This document shows positions 31,194 to 41,885 of a stretch of 64,000 nucleotides of DNA, in pieces. Both the position numbers and the translations under genes were made by a program. Within the stretch, counting starts at the first letter, position 1, and each line of letters opens with the position of its first letter. The stretch comes from Candidatus Sumerlaeaceae bacterium (GTDB taxonomy: Bacteria; Sumerlaeota; Sumerlaeia; Sumerlaeales; Sumerlaeaceae): assembly GCA_051003195.1 (NCBI GenBank), contig JBPCLP010000041.1, forward strand, positions 12,494 through 76,493, given 5' to 3'. The notes beneath the pieces are model-generated. The model worked only from the letters and a program-made list of their open reading frames with translations, ran no database searches and had not been told where the DNA came from.

Positions 31194-32597
31194 GTGTCAA
31201 ATGCCAAGGTCTTCAATGTACTCGAAGAAAGCGGGCTATTGAGAAACAAGTACCTGTGCGCGTTTTTGGCACGTGATAATACCAGCGTAGCATTGCTTCT
31301 TCTTCTTGTCGCAGCTTTCAGCTTTGTACTGAGGCCAAGCATTCGTGGACACGATGGCGTTCTGAACTACGCTTATCTTCGCTCTGTGCTGATAGATCGC
31401 GATCTGGACTTCACCAACGACTACCATTACTACCTGAGCCGGGAGTCGGATTGGTTCGATAACCAGCAGCTGCCGCGCGACCCTGTTACGAATCGCCCGA
31501 TCAACTTATACGGCGTTGGCAGCTCCATCCTGTGGTCGCCATGGGTTTTGGCTGCTCATGCTTATTGCAGGCTCAGCAGCAGTCGGCGTGATGCGTGGCA
31601 AGCGGATGGTTTTTCATTCCCTTACGAAGCGGCCGTTGGGCTCGGCTCGTGCTTTTACGCCAGCGTAGGACTGCTGTTTTTGCACCTCGTGCTGCGGCGG
31701 CGCTTTGGCAGAAGAACGGCGTTCTGGACATGCATATCCATATGGCTGGCAACGCCGCTGTTCTTTTACACGTATCTGCATCCATCCATGAGCCACGCGA
31801 ACTCGTTCTTCCTTGCGGCGCTGCTATTATGGCTTTATACCAACGGCGATGGCATAGGTCGCTGGATCTCAATGGGCGCCGCGGCAGGCCTTCTGTCGGC
31901 GACCCGGTTTCAGGATGCCGCTCTCCTCGCGGGTATCGCCGCGGGAGAAGGATGGAGAATTCTTCATGCGCGAATAGATGGGGATTTTATCCGCTCCCGG
32001 GCCATTCGCTACATTTTGGCAACTGCCGCAGCACTAATCATGTTTTCGCCACAGTTTGTTGCATGGCACTATCTTCAGGGAAGTGCTTTGAGCGGCCCGC
32101 GTGCGTACCTGATGCAGGGCAGTGTACGGCTATGGGCCCCGGTTCACGCTGTGGAGGTCATGTTCAGCCCAAGACATGGGGTGTTCTATTGGCATCCGAT
32201 GCTGTTGCTTGGGCTCCTCGGCCTGTTCGTTGGACGACGCCTCCCCCGGTTGCGGCTGATTTGCCTGGTGATGTTCACGGCAGAACTCTGGGTGGTGTCG
32301 TGCTGGAGCCTTTGGTGGGCGGGGGCCAGTTTCGGGCATCGCTTATTTATCAGCGCACTACCAGCGCTGGCTCTCGGCATTGCGTCATTTATTCCAAGAT
32401 GGCGAGTCACGCGCTCATTGACGCCTGCAGTTGTGATTATACTGGTAGTCTGGAACTTCGGATATGTGGTCCAGTATGGCTCCGGCATGATTAGTCGCCA
32501 GGCAGCCGTCGGCATTCGCGAACTCGCTTACAACAATGTGATCCGCGTGCCTAAGCTCCTGCTGGGTATAAATCTAAACGCGGACGGGAAGAAATAG
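31194..32597 (+). CDS. GT-C superfamily (ArnT/PMT-like) membrane glycosyltransferase
   Basis: DG..NYAYLRS..IDRDLDFTND loop, MSHANSFF, WWAGASFGHR; many TM helices. Confidence 0.7.
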   Translation: MSNAKVFNVLEESGLLRNKYLCAFLARDNTSVALLLLLVAAFSFVLRPSIRGHDGVLNYAYLRSVLIDRDLDFTNDYHYYLSRESDWFDNQQLPRDPVTNRPINLYGVGSSILWSPWVLAAHAYCRLSSSRRDAWQADGFSFPYEAAVGLGSCFYASVGLLFLHLVLRRRFGRRTAFWTCISIWLATPLFFYTYLHPSMSHANSFFLAALLLWLYTNGDGIGRWISMGAAAGLLSATRFQDAALLAGIAAGEGWRILHARIDGDFIRSRAIRYILATAAALIMFSPQFVAWHYLQGSALSGPRAYLMQGSVRLWAPVHAVEVMFSPRHGVFYWHPMLLLGLLGLFVGRRLPRLRLICLVMFTAELWVVSCWSLWWAGASFGHRLFISALPALALGIASFIPRWRVTRSLTPAVVIILVVWNFGYVVQYGSGMISRQAAVGIRELAYNNVIRVPKLLLGINLNADGKK

Positions 32598-32681
32598 AAA
32601 CGCCGGGCATAGAACTTCCTTTAGCGCATGGGGTTACTGTTTATCAGCGGCCAGCATCAGCTCAATTTTGGGGGAATGTGA

Positions 32682-33650
32682 TTGCATCAACCCACTGCAA
32701 AAGTTCGTCGCGCCCGCGGCATAAACAGTGCAGGCTACCGTTGCCCGCGCTTTAATCTCGAGGATGGCCGGCTCGCCTGGCTTAAATCACTCCGTTCGGC
32801 GGGGTCGCGGGTCACCGCATTGGCTCTGACTTCGGTTCCTCGTGCACGGGGGGCGTACTCCGACTTTGTACCGCGCCGCGTCCTCATCTCCCGTTTCGAA
32901 GTACCCGTACTTGGTCTTCCCGCGGAGTTGGACCATCTGCGTGTCGTTCAACTTTCCGATATTCATCATGGTCCCTGGCTTCCAATTGAAGTGGTTCAGA
33001 GTATCGTTGAACACACAAACAAGCTGCATCCGGATATTGTCGCGCTCACTGGCGACTACGTTGTAAATTCGCCCCGCTACATTGACCCGGTGGCGGATGC
33101 TCTTGGCCACCTGCGGCCTCGCATCGGTTCTCTTGCTGTGCTGGGAAACCACGACTGGTGGGAGGGAGCGGAGGAAATTCGCAATGCATTGAGCAACGTG
33201 GGCATACCGCTCATTGATAACCACCGCTGCTTCGTAACTCCTGAACGGCAGCTTGTGGAGGAGGCAACGGCGGGGCTTTGCATAGCCGGCGTAGGCGACG
33301 CCTGGGAGGATCATGTGGACTTCGCGTCGGCATTTGCGGGCGTTCCCGATCACATGCCGAGAATGGTGCTCTCGCATAATCCCGATTGCGCAGAAGACGT
33401 CCACCTGTTGCGCGATTCACATCGGATAGACCTGATGCTGGCCGGACACACGCATGGCGGACAGGTATGTTTCCCACGCAAAAAAACTCCGATGCTGCCC
33501 GCCATGCGAAAACAAAAGTACGGTAAGGGAATGGTCATGGGCCCCTCATGCCCGGTGTTTATTTCGCGTGGCATCGGCACAGCCGGCGTCCCGGTACGAA
33601 TGGGAGCTCCGCCTGAAATCGCCGTGTTTACTTTAAGAGTATCAAAATAA
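32682..33650 (+). CDS. Calcineurin-like metallophosphoesterase (YkuE/YaeI-like)
   Basis: SDIH, GDY, GNHD, SHNPD, GHTHGGQ; start uncertain. Confidence 0.9.
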   Translation: MHQPTAKVRRARGINSAGYRCPRFNLEDGRLAWLKSLRSAGSRVTALALTSVPRARGAYSDFVPRRVLISRFEVPVLGLPAELDHLRVVQLSDIHHGPWLPIEVVQSIVEHTNKLHPDIVALTGDYVVNSPRYIDPVADALGHLRPRIGSLAVLGNHDWWEGAEEIRNALSNVGIPLIDNHRCFVTPERQLVEEATAGLCIAGVGDAWEDHVDFASAFAGVPDHMPRMVLSHNPDCAEDVHLLRDSHRIDLMLAGHTHGGQVCFPRKKTPMLPAMRKQKYGKGMVMGPSCPVFISRGIGTAGVPVRMGAPPEIAVFTLRVSK

Positions 33651-33679
33651 TGGGCGGAACCACAACGGTCGAACGCGCT

Positions 33680-34618
33680 TCAGTTACCTTCTTTGCGCAT
33701 CTGATCGATCGCATATAGCACCGCGCCCTCAACTGGTTCTCTTCGAGGCTGAACCACACTTATCCCTGCCAGTCGCCTGGCGATCGCCTTTTGGAATAAC
33801 TGAAAGAACGATTCGTTTTTGCGAAGGTTTCCGCCAGCGACGATAATTTCCCAATCCTTCTCGTCGCGTGAGAACAGCTTTTTTGCCACTGCGCTCGCTG
33901 CGATAGCAAGCTCTTCAGCTTCCTCGTTAAGGATCGTTGCCGCCGTACCGTCACCTGACTCATGCGCCAGGTGAACGAGTCTGCTCAGTGCCGCGATCTT
34001 GTCCTTGGCACCTTGAATCTCCTTCGTCCATCCGAGCAACTGTTCGGCACGGTCGAAGCCGAAATGATCCAGGATGATACGAGAAAGCGCTGTGGGCGGC
34101 ATACGTCCGTCGTGAGAGCGGCACACCGCGCGCAACGCACGCAGCGCCACCTGGTACCCGCTGCCCTCATCTCCCAGGATATGTCCCCACCCGCCGGCGC
34201 GTGCGCGTTCACCGGCACGATTGATTCCAAATGCGATGCTGCCCGTGCCTGAAATCACAATGATTCCGAATGGCTTCAGTGCGCCACCCATGAGGGCGAT
34301 AATGCCGTCATTGACGGGCGAACATTGCGCGTTCGGCAGAAACTCGCCAACGAGTCCCTGTATGAGCGGTCGATCTTCGGGCCGGTCCACGCCGGCCATC
34401 CCAAGGCAGATCGCTCGCACATCGTCTGCCCTGGCGCCTGCCGCTTGCAGCAGATTCGAAATTAAATCGCCAAGATTGGCACGAACAACATCAATAGGGT
34501 TGGAATGATGGTTTGTCGAACCGACTTCATATTGGGCGATTACAGCCCCGTCTTCACGTGAGATTGCGCCAAGTGTTTTGGTGCCGCCGCCATCTACACC
34601 AATGATAAAATTGACCAT
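33680..34618 (-). CDS. BadF/BadG/BcrA/BcrD-family sugar kinase (GlcNAc/MurNAc kinase-like)
   Basis: GVDGGGTKT, GMAGVD, ISGTGS, GGWGHILGDEGSG. Confidence 0.88.
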   Translation of the reverse strand: MVNFIIGVDGGGTKTLGAISREDGAVIAQYEVGSTNHHSNPIDVVRANLGDLISNLLQAAGARADDVRAICLGMAGVDRPEDRPLIQGLVGEFLPNAQCSPVNDGIIALMGGALKPFGIIVISGTGSIAFGINRAGERARAGGWGHILGDEGSGYQVALRALRAVCRSHDGRMPPTALSRIILDHFGFDRAEQLLGWTKEIQGAKDKIAALSRLVHLAHESGDGTAATILNEEAEELAIAASAVAKKLFSRDEKDWEIIVAGGNLRKNESFFQLFQKAIARRLAGISVVQPRREPVEGAVLYAIDQMRKEGN

Positions 34619-34682
34619 CGTTTACCTTACATAACCGACTTGGATACGCGCATCCGGCAACATGGCATGGGTGCGTGCGCAT

Positions 34683-34782
34683 CCAGTGTGGTCTACCGTT
34701 AGTTCGTAATCAGTTCTGTGTGCCCAATCGAGGGTAAGTTTGCCCTTTGGCCTGGTAATGAACCACCGGTTCCGCACACCAG
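34683..34782 (+). mobile_element. MITE-like repeat copy 4 (100 bp, CCAG-flanked)
   Basis: CCAG-TGTGGTCTACCGTTAGTTCGTAATC...GCACA-CCAG; close to copies 2 and 6. Confidence 0.75.
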
Positions 34783-34794
34783 GATCATTACTCG

Positions 34795-34894
34795 CTAGTG
34801 TGCCGTCCCAGAAGTTCATAACTATATTTCAGTAAGCTTTTGAGCTCGGACGGCACACAAAACCAGTGAACGAATTAATGGCACACCACACTAG
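34795..34894 (-). mobile_element. MITE-like repeat copy 5 (100 bp, CTAG-flanked, inverted)
   Basis: CTAGTGTGCCGTCC...GGACGGCACAC...CACACTAG; compensated stem variant. Confidence 0.72.
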
Positions 34895-34899
34895 TTGTT

Positions 34900-35751
34900 T
34901 CAGAAGCCAAACAGGTTTTTCTGGGTCACGCCCGCCGGCGGAGTGAAATTGAAACGGCTCTCCGTCACCGGCGAGTTCACCTGCACGTTCTTTAATGAAA
35001 TGACCAAGTCCTTTTCATCCGGAATGCTGATGCGGCGCGGAATCCCATCTTTCTTGGAAATCCAGAATCGCATTTTCACGGGATCCACACCGGCCAGCTT
35101 CAGCTTGTCTGGAGATTTGCCTTCCAGCACCCAGCACGATTCGCCGTCCACGTCCTGTGAGCCCTTGTTCTTGATGGTCTCCGTGTCCATTGCAGCAAAG
35201 ACGTTCATCTTCATGGCTGCGTCGACGAACCCACTGATAAAAGGAAGCGAAGTCGGGATATACTGAGCTTCCCTGGCTTTGTGATCGTACACCCATAACG
35301 TCTGATTGTTGGCGACGTATTCGTCCGTTTCATCTTTGTGCGTCAGGGAAACGCGCGCTCCCTGGGACCGGCTGATTTCCATGGGGCCGGACTTTACGGT
35401 GCGCTTCGGAGCACGGGGAGCTGTCCCGGTTTTTTCGGCCTTCTTTTTGGCCTTCTCTTTGGTTTCTTTCACTTTCGACATGGAAAGCTCCGCGGTCAGC
35501 GTACGGACCTGGTCGACATTCGACTGAATTTGCTGAAGCACGGCTTGAACGGTTTCATCAGCCGCCTTTCGCTGATGCTCACCCAGGCTCGTATCGGCAG
35601 AAGGTGTCGGTTTACTCACGCTCACGTTGGTTTCGCGGGGAGCCGGCTGCTGCGCGTTTGCAAACTGCAGCACGCCGGCAATCATGGCGCCGCAAATAAA
35701 GCAGCTTAATAGTCTCGGAATGTTAAGAGGAGCAGCAGAGCCGCGAATCAC
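34900..35751 (-). CDS. LolA-like outer-membrane lipoprotein carrier family protein
   Basis: Signal-like N-terminus, YVAN.QTLWVYD, VNSPV.ESRFNFTPPAGV; GTGA overlap with ferredoxin stop. Confidence 0.75.
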   Translation of the reverse strand: MIRGSAAPLNIPRLLSCFICGAMIAGVLQFANAQQPAPRETNVSVSKPTPSADTSLGEHQRKAADETVQAVLQQIQSNVDQVRTLTAELSMSKVKETKEKAKKKAEKTGTAPRAPKRTVKSGPMEISRSQGARVSLTHKDETDEYVANNQTLWVYDHKAREAQYIPTSLPFISGFVDAAMKMNVFAAMDTETIKNKGSQDVDGESCWVLEGKSPDKLKLAGVDPVKMRFWISKKDGIPRRISIPDEKDLVISLKNVQVNSPVTESRFNFTPPAGVTQKNLFGF

Positions 35752-35981
35752 GGACCGTCGTTGCCAATCGCTTCTACTGGGCAGCCCTCCAACGCCTCCT
35801 GGCACAGCTGTGCCTCCTGCTCGTTTTCAGGCTGTTTGAACAGGAAGGAGTAGCCACCCTCATCATTGCGCGCAAAGTTATCAGGAGCAATCTGCCGGCA
35901 TGCGTCGCAATCGATGCACGTGTTGTCCACGTAGAACTGACCATCGGCGTTATCTGGATACTTTTGAGTTTTATCTGCCAT
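35748..35981 (-). CDS. Single-cluster ferredoxin
   Basis: CIDCDAC...CPVEAIG. Confidence 0.93.
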   Translation of the reverse strand: MADKTQKYPDNADGQFYVDNTCIDCDACRQIAPDNFARNDEGGYSFLFKQPENEQEAQLCQEALEGCPVEAIGNDGP

Positions 35982-36063
35982 TGTTAAAAAATCTCCATCC
36001 TGCAGCTGTTAAGTCGTTACCATTCAGAGCACAAAGCAAGCCACACCGCTCCGGCAGCCAGCC

Positions 36064-36939
36064 CTATTTTTGCACTTTGAGTGCGGGAAGCCGGTTCAAA
36101 GCAGAGTTTGCCATGTTGGCATACGACAATTTCTGCAGAGTCTTCACTTCATCCACCTGCCCAGGCGTCAGCACCTGCTCACCTTCCGCTGTTGTCACGG
36201 GTTTCGAGTCTGTGCTGACAGGGGCTGGCTCGACTTTTCGTTCCTGCGCGACTGCCTGGTATAACTTCTCAGCTTCGCCCTGCCGATTCTCAAGCGCCTG
36301 GTACATGTTCGCCAGCCCGAGTTTCGCCTGTGCATCGAGGTAAGTTCCCTTCGCGAGATCGGATGCCTGTTTAAAAGCATTTTCCGCGTCGCGCGTGAGT
36401 TTCTGGTCCTGTGTAATAAACAACTGATCCTGCAAAACATGTGCTAGGGCGATGTTGCCGACGGCCTTCTCCTGAGGCTCCCTGGCGATGGTAATGTATT
36501 TCTGGTATGCGTCCCGTGCATTGTTGAGCGCGGTCGACTGTTGCCCAGCCTGCAAGGAAGCCAGCTCATAGTGGGCATTGCCTAAAAGCAGCTGTGCCTG
36601 CCGGCCAACAAACGTAGAGGGGTAGTTCTTAATTGCATTGTCGGCAGCCGTTATGGCGGCATTCAGTGCATCACGGCGCTTTGCATCATCCGGTGCAGCC
36701 TGCGCGGTTCCCAGCTGTTCCAATACAGCGGCATAGGCGCGGCTGGCCTTTGCCTGCTGGCCCTGGTGAATCCATCGATAAACCGTCCAGCCAAGTGCCA
36801 CGATGATAAAGGCGGCGAGTAAAATGTTTACCAGCTTGGCGTTCGTATCGAACCAAAGCGTAGTACGTTCACCGAAATCCAAATCGTCTTGTACTGTAAG
36901 CGCTACATCTTCAGCTGCGGGCCGTGTTACGGATGCCAA
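36064..36939 (-). CDS. Membrane-anchored tetratricopeptide-repeat protein (YfgM-like)
   Basis: One N-terminal TM then TPR-like helices; GGAG then TTG at 36939 (ORF track extends to 37017). Confidence 0.7.
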   Translation of the reverse strand: MASVTRPAAEDVALTVQDDLDFGERTTLWFDTNAKLVNILLAAFIIVALGWTVYRWIHQGQQAKASRAYAAVLEQLGTAQAAPDDAKRRDALNAAITAADNAIKNYPSTFVGRQAQLLLGNAHYELASLQAGQQSTALNNARDAYQKYITIAREPQEKAVGNIALAHVLQDQLFITQDQKLTRDAENAFKQASDLAKGTYLDAQAKLGLANMYQALENRQGEAEKLYQAVAQERKVEPAPVSTDSKPVTTAEGEQVLTPGQVDEVKTLQKLSYANMANSALNRLPALKVQK

Positions 36940-37210
36940 TATGTTCACTCCACCTGGATTAAACGCGCAACTAAGTGCATCGTCCCGAATGCGGTCAAGC
37001 AAACTCTTGGCCGACACGGATGCGTTCGCTAGCTTCTATATCTGCTGTGCCGCAGGATTCATAATTTGAGTTTGTTCGTGTGTTAAATGCAAACACGGTA
37101 GCAAACCATGAGAAAGTGCTTGAAGGACCAGCACGCTGCAGGAATCACCGTCGGGTTCACTTCAAGGTGACTGATGTAAGTCGCTTTGTTACAGTTATCA
37201 GGAGGTACGG

Positions 37211-38482
37211 ATGCCGTCGTCGCTCGACTCAACGTCGATCACAAAACTCATTCTCGAAGCGAAAGATCATGCGTACCGGGAAATGGGTGCCGTAGACGTT
37301 GCGCCGCCGCCGGCCTCCGTACAGTGGCCCGTAGCGTGCGAGGTAAAGCCCGGGCTTGAAGGTGCGGTCGCTGCCGAATCGAAGATCGGATTTGTGGACG
37401 GCCAGCGCGGAGCACTGGTTTACCGCGGGTACGATATTTTTGACCTCTGTGCGCACTCGAATTTTGAAGAAGTAAGCTACCTCCTCATTCATGGGGCACT
37501 GCCTGACGCCGCACAACTGAAGGCATTTACAGAGGATCTCAGGTCCCGCCAGCAGGTACTTCCCGTTACAGCCAAGCTGCTGAGGGAACTGCCGGTGAAT
37601 AGCCTCCACCCCATGAAATTGCTGGAAGCTTCGGTAATCGGTGCCCATGCAACCGACGCCAAAGACAGAGGTGATGCCGCCGGCGAGGCCATTGACGAAA
37701 TGCAGGCTGCCTACCGGTTAATCGCGCAAATGATGACATGTACCGGCATGGTCGCGCGGCTACGGCAGGGAAAAGACTTTGTGGATCCTGACCCTAATCT
37801 CAGCCATGCAGCTAACCTGGTTTACGCGCTGACCGGTAAAAAGCCCGATGATGCAACAACGCGGATCATGGATGTGTGCCTGATTCTGCACGCCGACCAT
37901 GGTATGAATGCGTCCACGTTCACCGCAATGGTGGTTACGTCGACTTTGTCGGATCTCTATTTTGCTGTCAGCGGGGGACTGGCCAGCCTCAAGGGCCCCC
38001 TGCACGGCGGTGCAAATGAAGCAGTATTGTATGACCTTGAAGAGATTGGTTCTCCCGATAAAGTTGACGAGTGGTTCAACACGGCGCGCGAACGGAAGCG
38101 CAAAGTCATGGGCATGGGGCATCGCGTATATAAAGCCTATGACCCACGCGCGCGCGTTTTGAAGCCACTGGCTCGGCTTTTCGCCAGCCGTGAACCGAAA
38201 GTAGACGCCCTTTTCGATACCGCTGAAAAGCTGGAAGCGGTCGTCCTGGAAGAGATGGGGCGTGAGAAGAAGATTTTCCCCAATGTGGACTTCTATTCCG
38301 GCCTGGTCTACAAGGCGGTAGGAATTGAAACGGCGATGTTCACGCCTCTGTTCGCGGTTTCACGCGTCTCCGGTTGGGTAGCGCGCTGCCTGGAATATCG
38401 CCAGAACAATCGCATTTTCCGTCCACGCGGAATCTACACCGGCGAAATAAACCGGGAGTACGTACCAGTCACCGATCGCTAA
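37211..38482 (+). CDS. Citrate synthase (citrate/2-methylcitrate synthase family)
   Basis: LHADHGMNAST, GPLHGGANE, GMGHRVYK, PNVDFYSG. Confidence 0.95.
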   Translation: MPSSLDSTSITKLILEAKDHAYREMGAVDVAPPPASVQWPVACEVKPGLEGAVAAESKIGFVDGQRGALVYRGYDIFDLCAHSNFEEVSYLLIHGALPDAAQLKAFTEDLRSRQQVLPVTAKLLRELPVNSLHPMKLLEASVIGAHATDAKDRGDAAGEAIDEMQAAYRLIAQMMTCTGMVARLRQGKDFVDPDPNLSHAANLVYALTGKKPDDATTRIMDVCLILHADHGMNASTFTAMVVTSTLSDLYFAVSGGLASLKGPLHGGANEAVLYDLEEIGSPDKVDEWFNTARERKRKVMGMGHRVYKAYDPRARVLKPLARLFASREPKVDALFDTAEKLEAVVLEEMGREKKIFPNVDFYSGLVYKAVGIETAMFTPLFAVSRVSGWVARCLEYRQNNRIFRPRGIYTGEINREYVPVTDR

Positions 38483-38566
38483 GCTTGCCTTGAAATCGCC
38501 AACGCCGAACGACCCATTAGAGTAGCGAGCGCTGTGCAACAAACCTGGTATCATCGCCTTGCTGTC

Positions 38567-39631
38567 CTAATACTTCAGCAGCTTTTCAATTTCAGACACG
38601 ACCCGGGATGCCCCAGGCGCAGGGACTCGGTCCGGCTTCAATTTCCACGCCGACTCTAATGCCCGGCTCCAATTGCCAGTGATAAAGTCGCGGGTCGAGA
38701 TCTGCACGGCGCCGCCCCAGTCCTGCAATCCTTTACGCAGCACGCGGTACTCCGCAAATTCCGGCCGAGGATAGTAAATCACGGGAGTGCCGTTAGCCAT
38801 ACATTCGCCTACCGTACCGTATCCCGGCTTTGCGAGCACCGCATCCACCGAAGCAACTACGTCAGGGAAATGCCATTCGTCGGGATCAAGCTCGTGTGCT
38901 ATTCCGGGCAGTGGAGTAAACGAGACAAAGGTAACATTTGGACCGCCGGCCATATCGCGAAGACGCAGGTCCTGGTCACCGAGATTTCCGAAATAGAGTA
39001 ACACCATTTTCCCACGGCTTGAAACGCCGAGTTTTGCTTCCAGCTGCTTACGAATCCTTTGGCCACGTCGTGCGATCAATCCAACGTCGAGTTGCGGCGA
39101 TTGGTAGCGCATGCCAAAGGCAAGGCCGGGCCGCAGTGTGATATCCGCACACGCATATGCATCTGCGTAATGACGCAGAAGCGCCAGTCCGTCCGGGTAT
39201 GTATGTGCGGCGGACTTATAGATGTCGAGCCACGTGAAATTTGCAACGAGTACCGCAGGAATACCAGCGCGACGCGCAGCGAGTAGAGGCATCGGTGGCA
39301 CGTCCGATATCACCGCGCACGCACCTTGCTGCTGCAGAAACTTTACCTCATCCTGAAGCGCGGCATATTTTTGTTCCCAGAGCAGCGCAGCATCACAGAA
39401 AGTCTGCTGCCAGTCGAGCGTCCTGTTGTCCGGCTGTACAACACCGATATCAAACCGGTCTGCGATCACCTCCAGCGGACGTCCTGCCGCTTGTCGAAAA
39501 AACTCGGCCGGCGCTGCGCTTTTCACAAGAATGCGAATTCGTGCATCCAGTTTCGCCATCACCTGCGCCGCGCGGCTTGCGTGACCCAATCCGTGGCCGC
39601 TCACATAGTAGCATACGGTGGGTCGCGTCAT
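38567..39631 (-). CDS. GT-B fold glycosyltransferase-like protein (similar to arabinokinase N-terminal domain)
   Basis: YYVSGHGLGHASR, NFTWLDIY, KPGYGTVGEC; ATGA overlap at 39628-39631. Confidence 0.75.
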   Translation of the reverse strand: MTRPTVCYYVSGHGLGHASRAAQVMAKLDARIRILVKSAAPAEFFRQAAGRPLEVIADRFDIGVVQPDNRTLDWQQTFCDAALLWEQKYAALQDEVKFLQQQGACAVISDVPPMPLLAARRAGIPAVLVANFTWLDIYKSAAHTYPDGLALLRHYADAYACADITLRPGLAFGMRYQSPQLDVGLIARRGQRIRKQLEAKLGVSSRGKMVLLYFGNLGDQDLRLRDMAGGPNVTFVSFTPLPGIAHELDPDEWHFPDVVASVDAVLAKPGYGTVGECMANGTPVIYYPRPEFAEYRVLRKGLQDWGGAVQISTRDFITGNWSRALESAWKLKPDRVPAPGASRVVSEIEKLLKY

Positions 39632-40542
39632 GTGCGCACAGGCTGTCTGTTCGTGATGATGACGCCCGCGAGAACGATGGCTCCGCCTAGCAGTACACGC
39701 CACCCCGGCGGCTCCCAGATAGCCGCGAAGGCCACGCCGAAAAGCGGCACGAGGAAAACCATAGAGGATACCCGCACGGCATCCAGCTCGTCGAGGGCCT
39801 TATACCATACGAAATAACCGAACACCGTCGGCAACAGTATCAGGTAGGCGATGGCCAGCCAGAATGTTGCTGGCAGGCGGGCGAATTCGCGCAGTAAATT
39901 CCCGTGCACGAGGGGAAGGGGCAGTATCGGCACAATCCCCAGCATCAGGGACAGGGCGGTTACGGTCAGTGGTTTGTATCCGGACAGCAGTTGCTTGCCT
40001 GTAATCGTTGAGAGACTCCATGCGAGTGGCGCACCCGCGGTAAGAAGGAGATGCGTCAGGTCGTAAGAATAAACGGATTCATTTTTGTCCGCATGCAAAC
40101 CTGGAATCGAAATATAGATCAGGCCCACCAGCGATAACAGCGTTCCGATTACTTTGGGCGCGGTTACTTTTTCGTGAAGCCAAATGGCAGCCATCACAAA
40201 TGTCATGCTGGGGCCAATCCCAATGACCAGCGACGCGACGCCTGCCGGCACACGCTCCTCCCCGGTGATCAAAAAGAAGTTATATACCAGCGTCGTCAGT
40301 GCGCCGACCGCAAAAGTTGCGAACCAGTGCTCGCGCAAGAGTTGCTTCACTTCAGTCCCGCGGCTCCAGAGGAGCGGTGCGAAACAAAGCGCAGAGGGCA
40401 CGAATCGCAGCCACATAATATCCCAGGCGCTAATACCATGCGCCAGCCGAATGAAGTTGATGTGCCGCAATACCAGGAACACCGCGCCCCAGGTAGCCAG
40501 GGCTGCGAAGATCAAGACGTAAAGTACGAGCTTTGAATGCAT
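39628..40542 (-). CDS. EamA/DMT-family transporter
   Basis: About 10 TM helices in two repeats (TWGA...RF; LHEKVT; FLVPLFGV); start uncertain. Confidence 0.88.
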   Translation of the reverse strand: MHSKLVLYVLIFAALATWGAVFLVLRHINFIRLAHGISAWDIMWLRFVPSALCFAPLLWSRGTEVKQLLREHWFATFAVGALTTLVYNFFLITGEERVPAGVASLVIGIGPSMTFVMAAIWLHEKVTAPKVIGTLLSLVGLIYISIPGLHADKNESVYSYDLTHLLLTAGAPLAWSLSTITGKQLLSGYKPLTVTALSLMLGIVPILPLPLVHGNLLREFARLPATFWLAIAYLILLPTVFGYFVWYKALDELDAVRVSSMVFLVPLFGVAFAAIWEPPGWRVLLGGAIVLAGVIITNRQPVRT

Positions 40543-40648
40543 CGGCCCACAAGACATTCGCAACGGATTGCTAACGCCACAGGAAAACTGCGGTGTACCT
40601 GCTGCCGTTTTCACTGGCAAACCGCAGACCCTGCCTTAGAACGTTTGA

Positions 40649-41854
40649 ATGCCGCCGCTGCTGAACTCTAACCGCATCATTGCGCTGATGTCGGGCACGA
40701 GCGTCGATTCGATTGATGCCGTGCTTTGCGAAATCGGACAGCGCACTCAGGAGCGACTTGGGGCGGAGGTGCTTGCGTTTCACGAGCACCCTATATCTGC
40801 CGCGCTGCGCGAACGGATTTTTGAGGCGTTCGCCGATGGTACTGGTTCGCTATCGCTATCCTGCTCTCTGAACTTTGAAATCGGTGCAGCGTTCGCCGAA
40901 GCTGCCGAATGTCTGATCTCGAAAGCCGCTGTGAAGCGAACCAGCGTCGCTGCCATTGCGTCGCACGGGCAGACACTGTATCATATCGCGCCGCACATGG
41001 CTGCTGGCGCTGCAAATCATTCTGCATCGACGTTACAGGTCGGCGAATCCGCTGTAATTGCGGAACGTACGGGCCTCCGCGTGGTTGCGGATTTTCGCGT
41101 TGCCGACATGGCAGCGGGAGGAAATGGCGCACCGCTGGTACCATTCGCCGATTATCATCTTTTCAGCCGGGCGGGCACCGGAGTGATCGTGCACAATATG
41201 GGTGGCATCGCAAACTGCACCTACCTGCCGGCTAGCGGAAAGCTAAACGAAGTCATCGCTTTTGATACTGGGCCGGGTAACATGATCATGGATGCACTGG
41301 TTCAACACTTCTATCCGGGTGAGACCTACGACGTAAATGGAGAGCATGCCGCGGCCGGGACTGTGCTGGAAGACCTGCTTTGCGACTGGATGGCGCTGCC
41401 ATACATCAATGCTCCTCCGCCTAAAAGCACGGGGCGCGAATTGTTTGGTGTGCAATTCGCCCAGCGCGCACTGCAGGAGCACGGACGTGCCGCGGCCAAT
41501 GACCTAATTGCCACCGCAAATGCATTCACGGCACGTTCGTTTGCGCAAAATTTACAGCAGTTCGTGCTGCCCGGCGGGGCTGTTGCAGAGATACTGCTCG
41601 GTGGTGGGGGAGCATTGAACCTAAATCTGAAGTCGCGTATCACCGATGAGATACGTTTAGTTTCACCGGCGACCCGCGTTGCTTGTCTCGACGAGACCGG
41701 TATCTCGAGCAAGGAGCGCGAGTGTGTCGCGTTTGCCTTGCTTGGGTATGCACGGCTGCACAATATTCCTGCCAACGTGCCCTCTGCCACCGGCGCAAAG
41801 CACCCGGCACTGTTGGGTAAAATCAGTGACCCGCCCCCGCGCACAAACGGTTGA
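40649..41854 (+). CDS. anmK: Anhydro-N-acetylmuramic acid kinase
   Basis: LMSGTSVDSID, SHGQT, DFR.ADMAAGGNGAPLVP, DTGPGN, PKSTGRE. Confidence 0.95.
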   Translation: MPPLLNSNRIIALMSGTSVDSIDAVLCEIGQRTQERLGAEVLAFHEHPISAALRERIFEAFADGTGSLSLSCSLNFEIGAAFAEAAECLISKAAVKRTSVAAIASHGQTLYHIAPHMAAGAANHSASTLQVGESAVIAERTGLRVVADFRVADMAAGGNGAPLVPFADYHLFSRAGTGVIVHNMGGIANCTYLPASGKLNEVIAFDTGPGNMIMDALVQHFYPGETYDVNGEHAAAGTVLEDLLCDWMALPYINAPPPKSTGRELFGVQFAQRALQEHGRAAANDLIATANAFTARSFAQNLQQFVLPGGAVAEILLGGGGALNLNLKSRITDEIRLVSPATRVACLDETGISSKERECVAFALLGYARLHNIPANVPSATGAKHPALLGKISDPPPRTNG

Positions 41855-41885
41855 TTGTGACGTTCGAGGCTTGAACGCTTCTGCC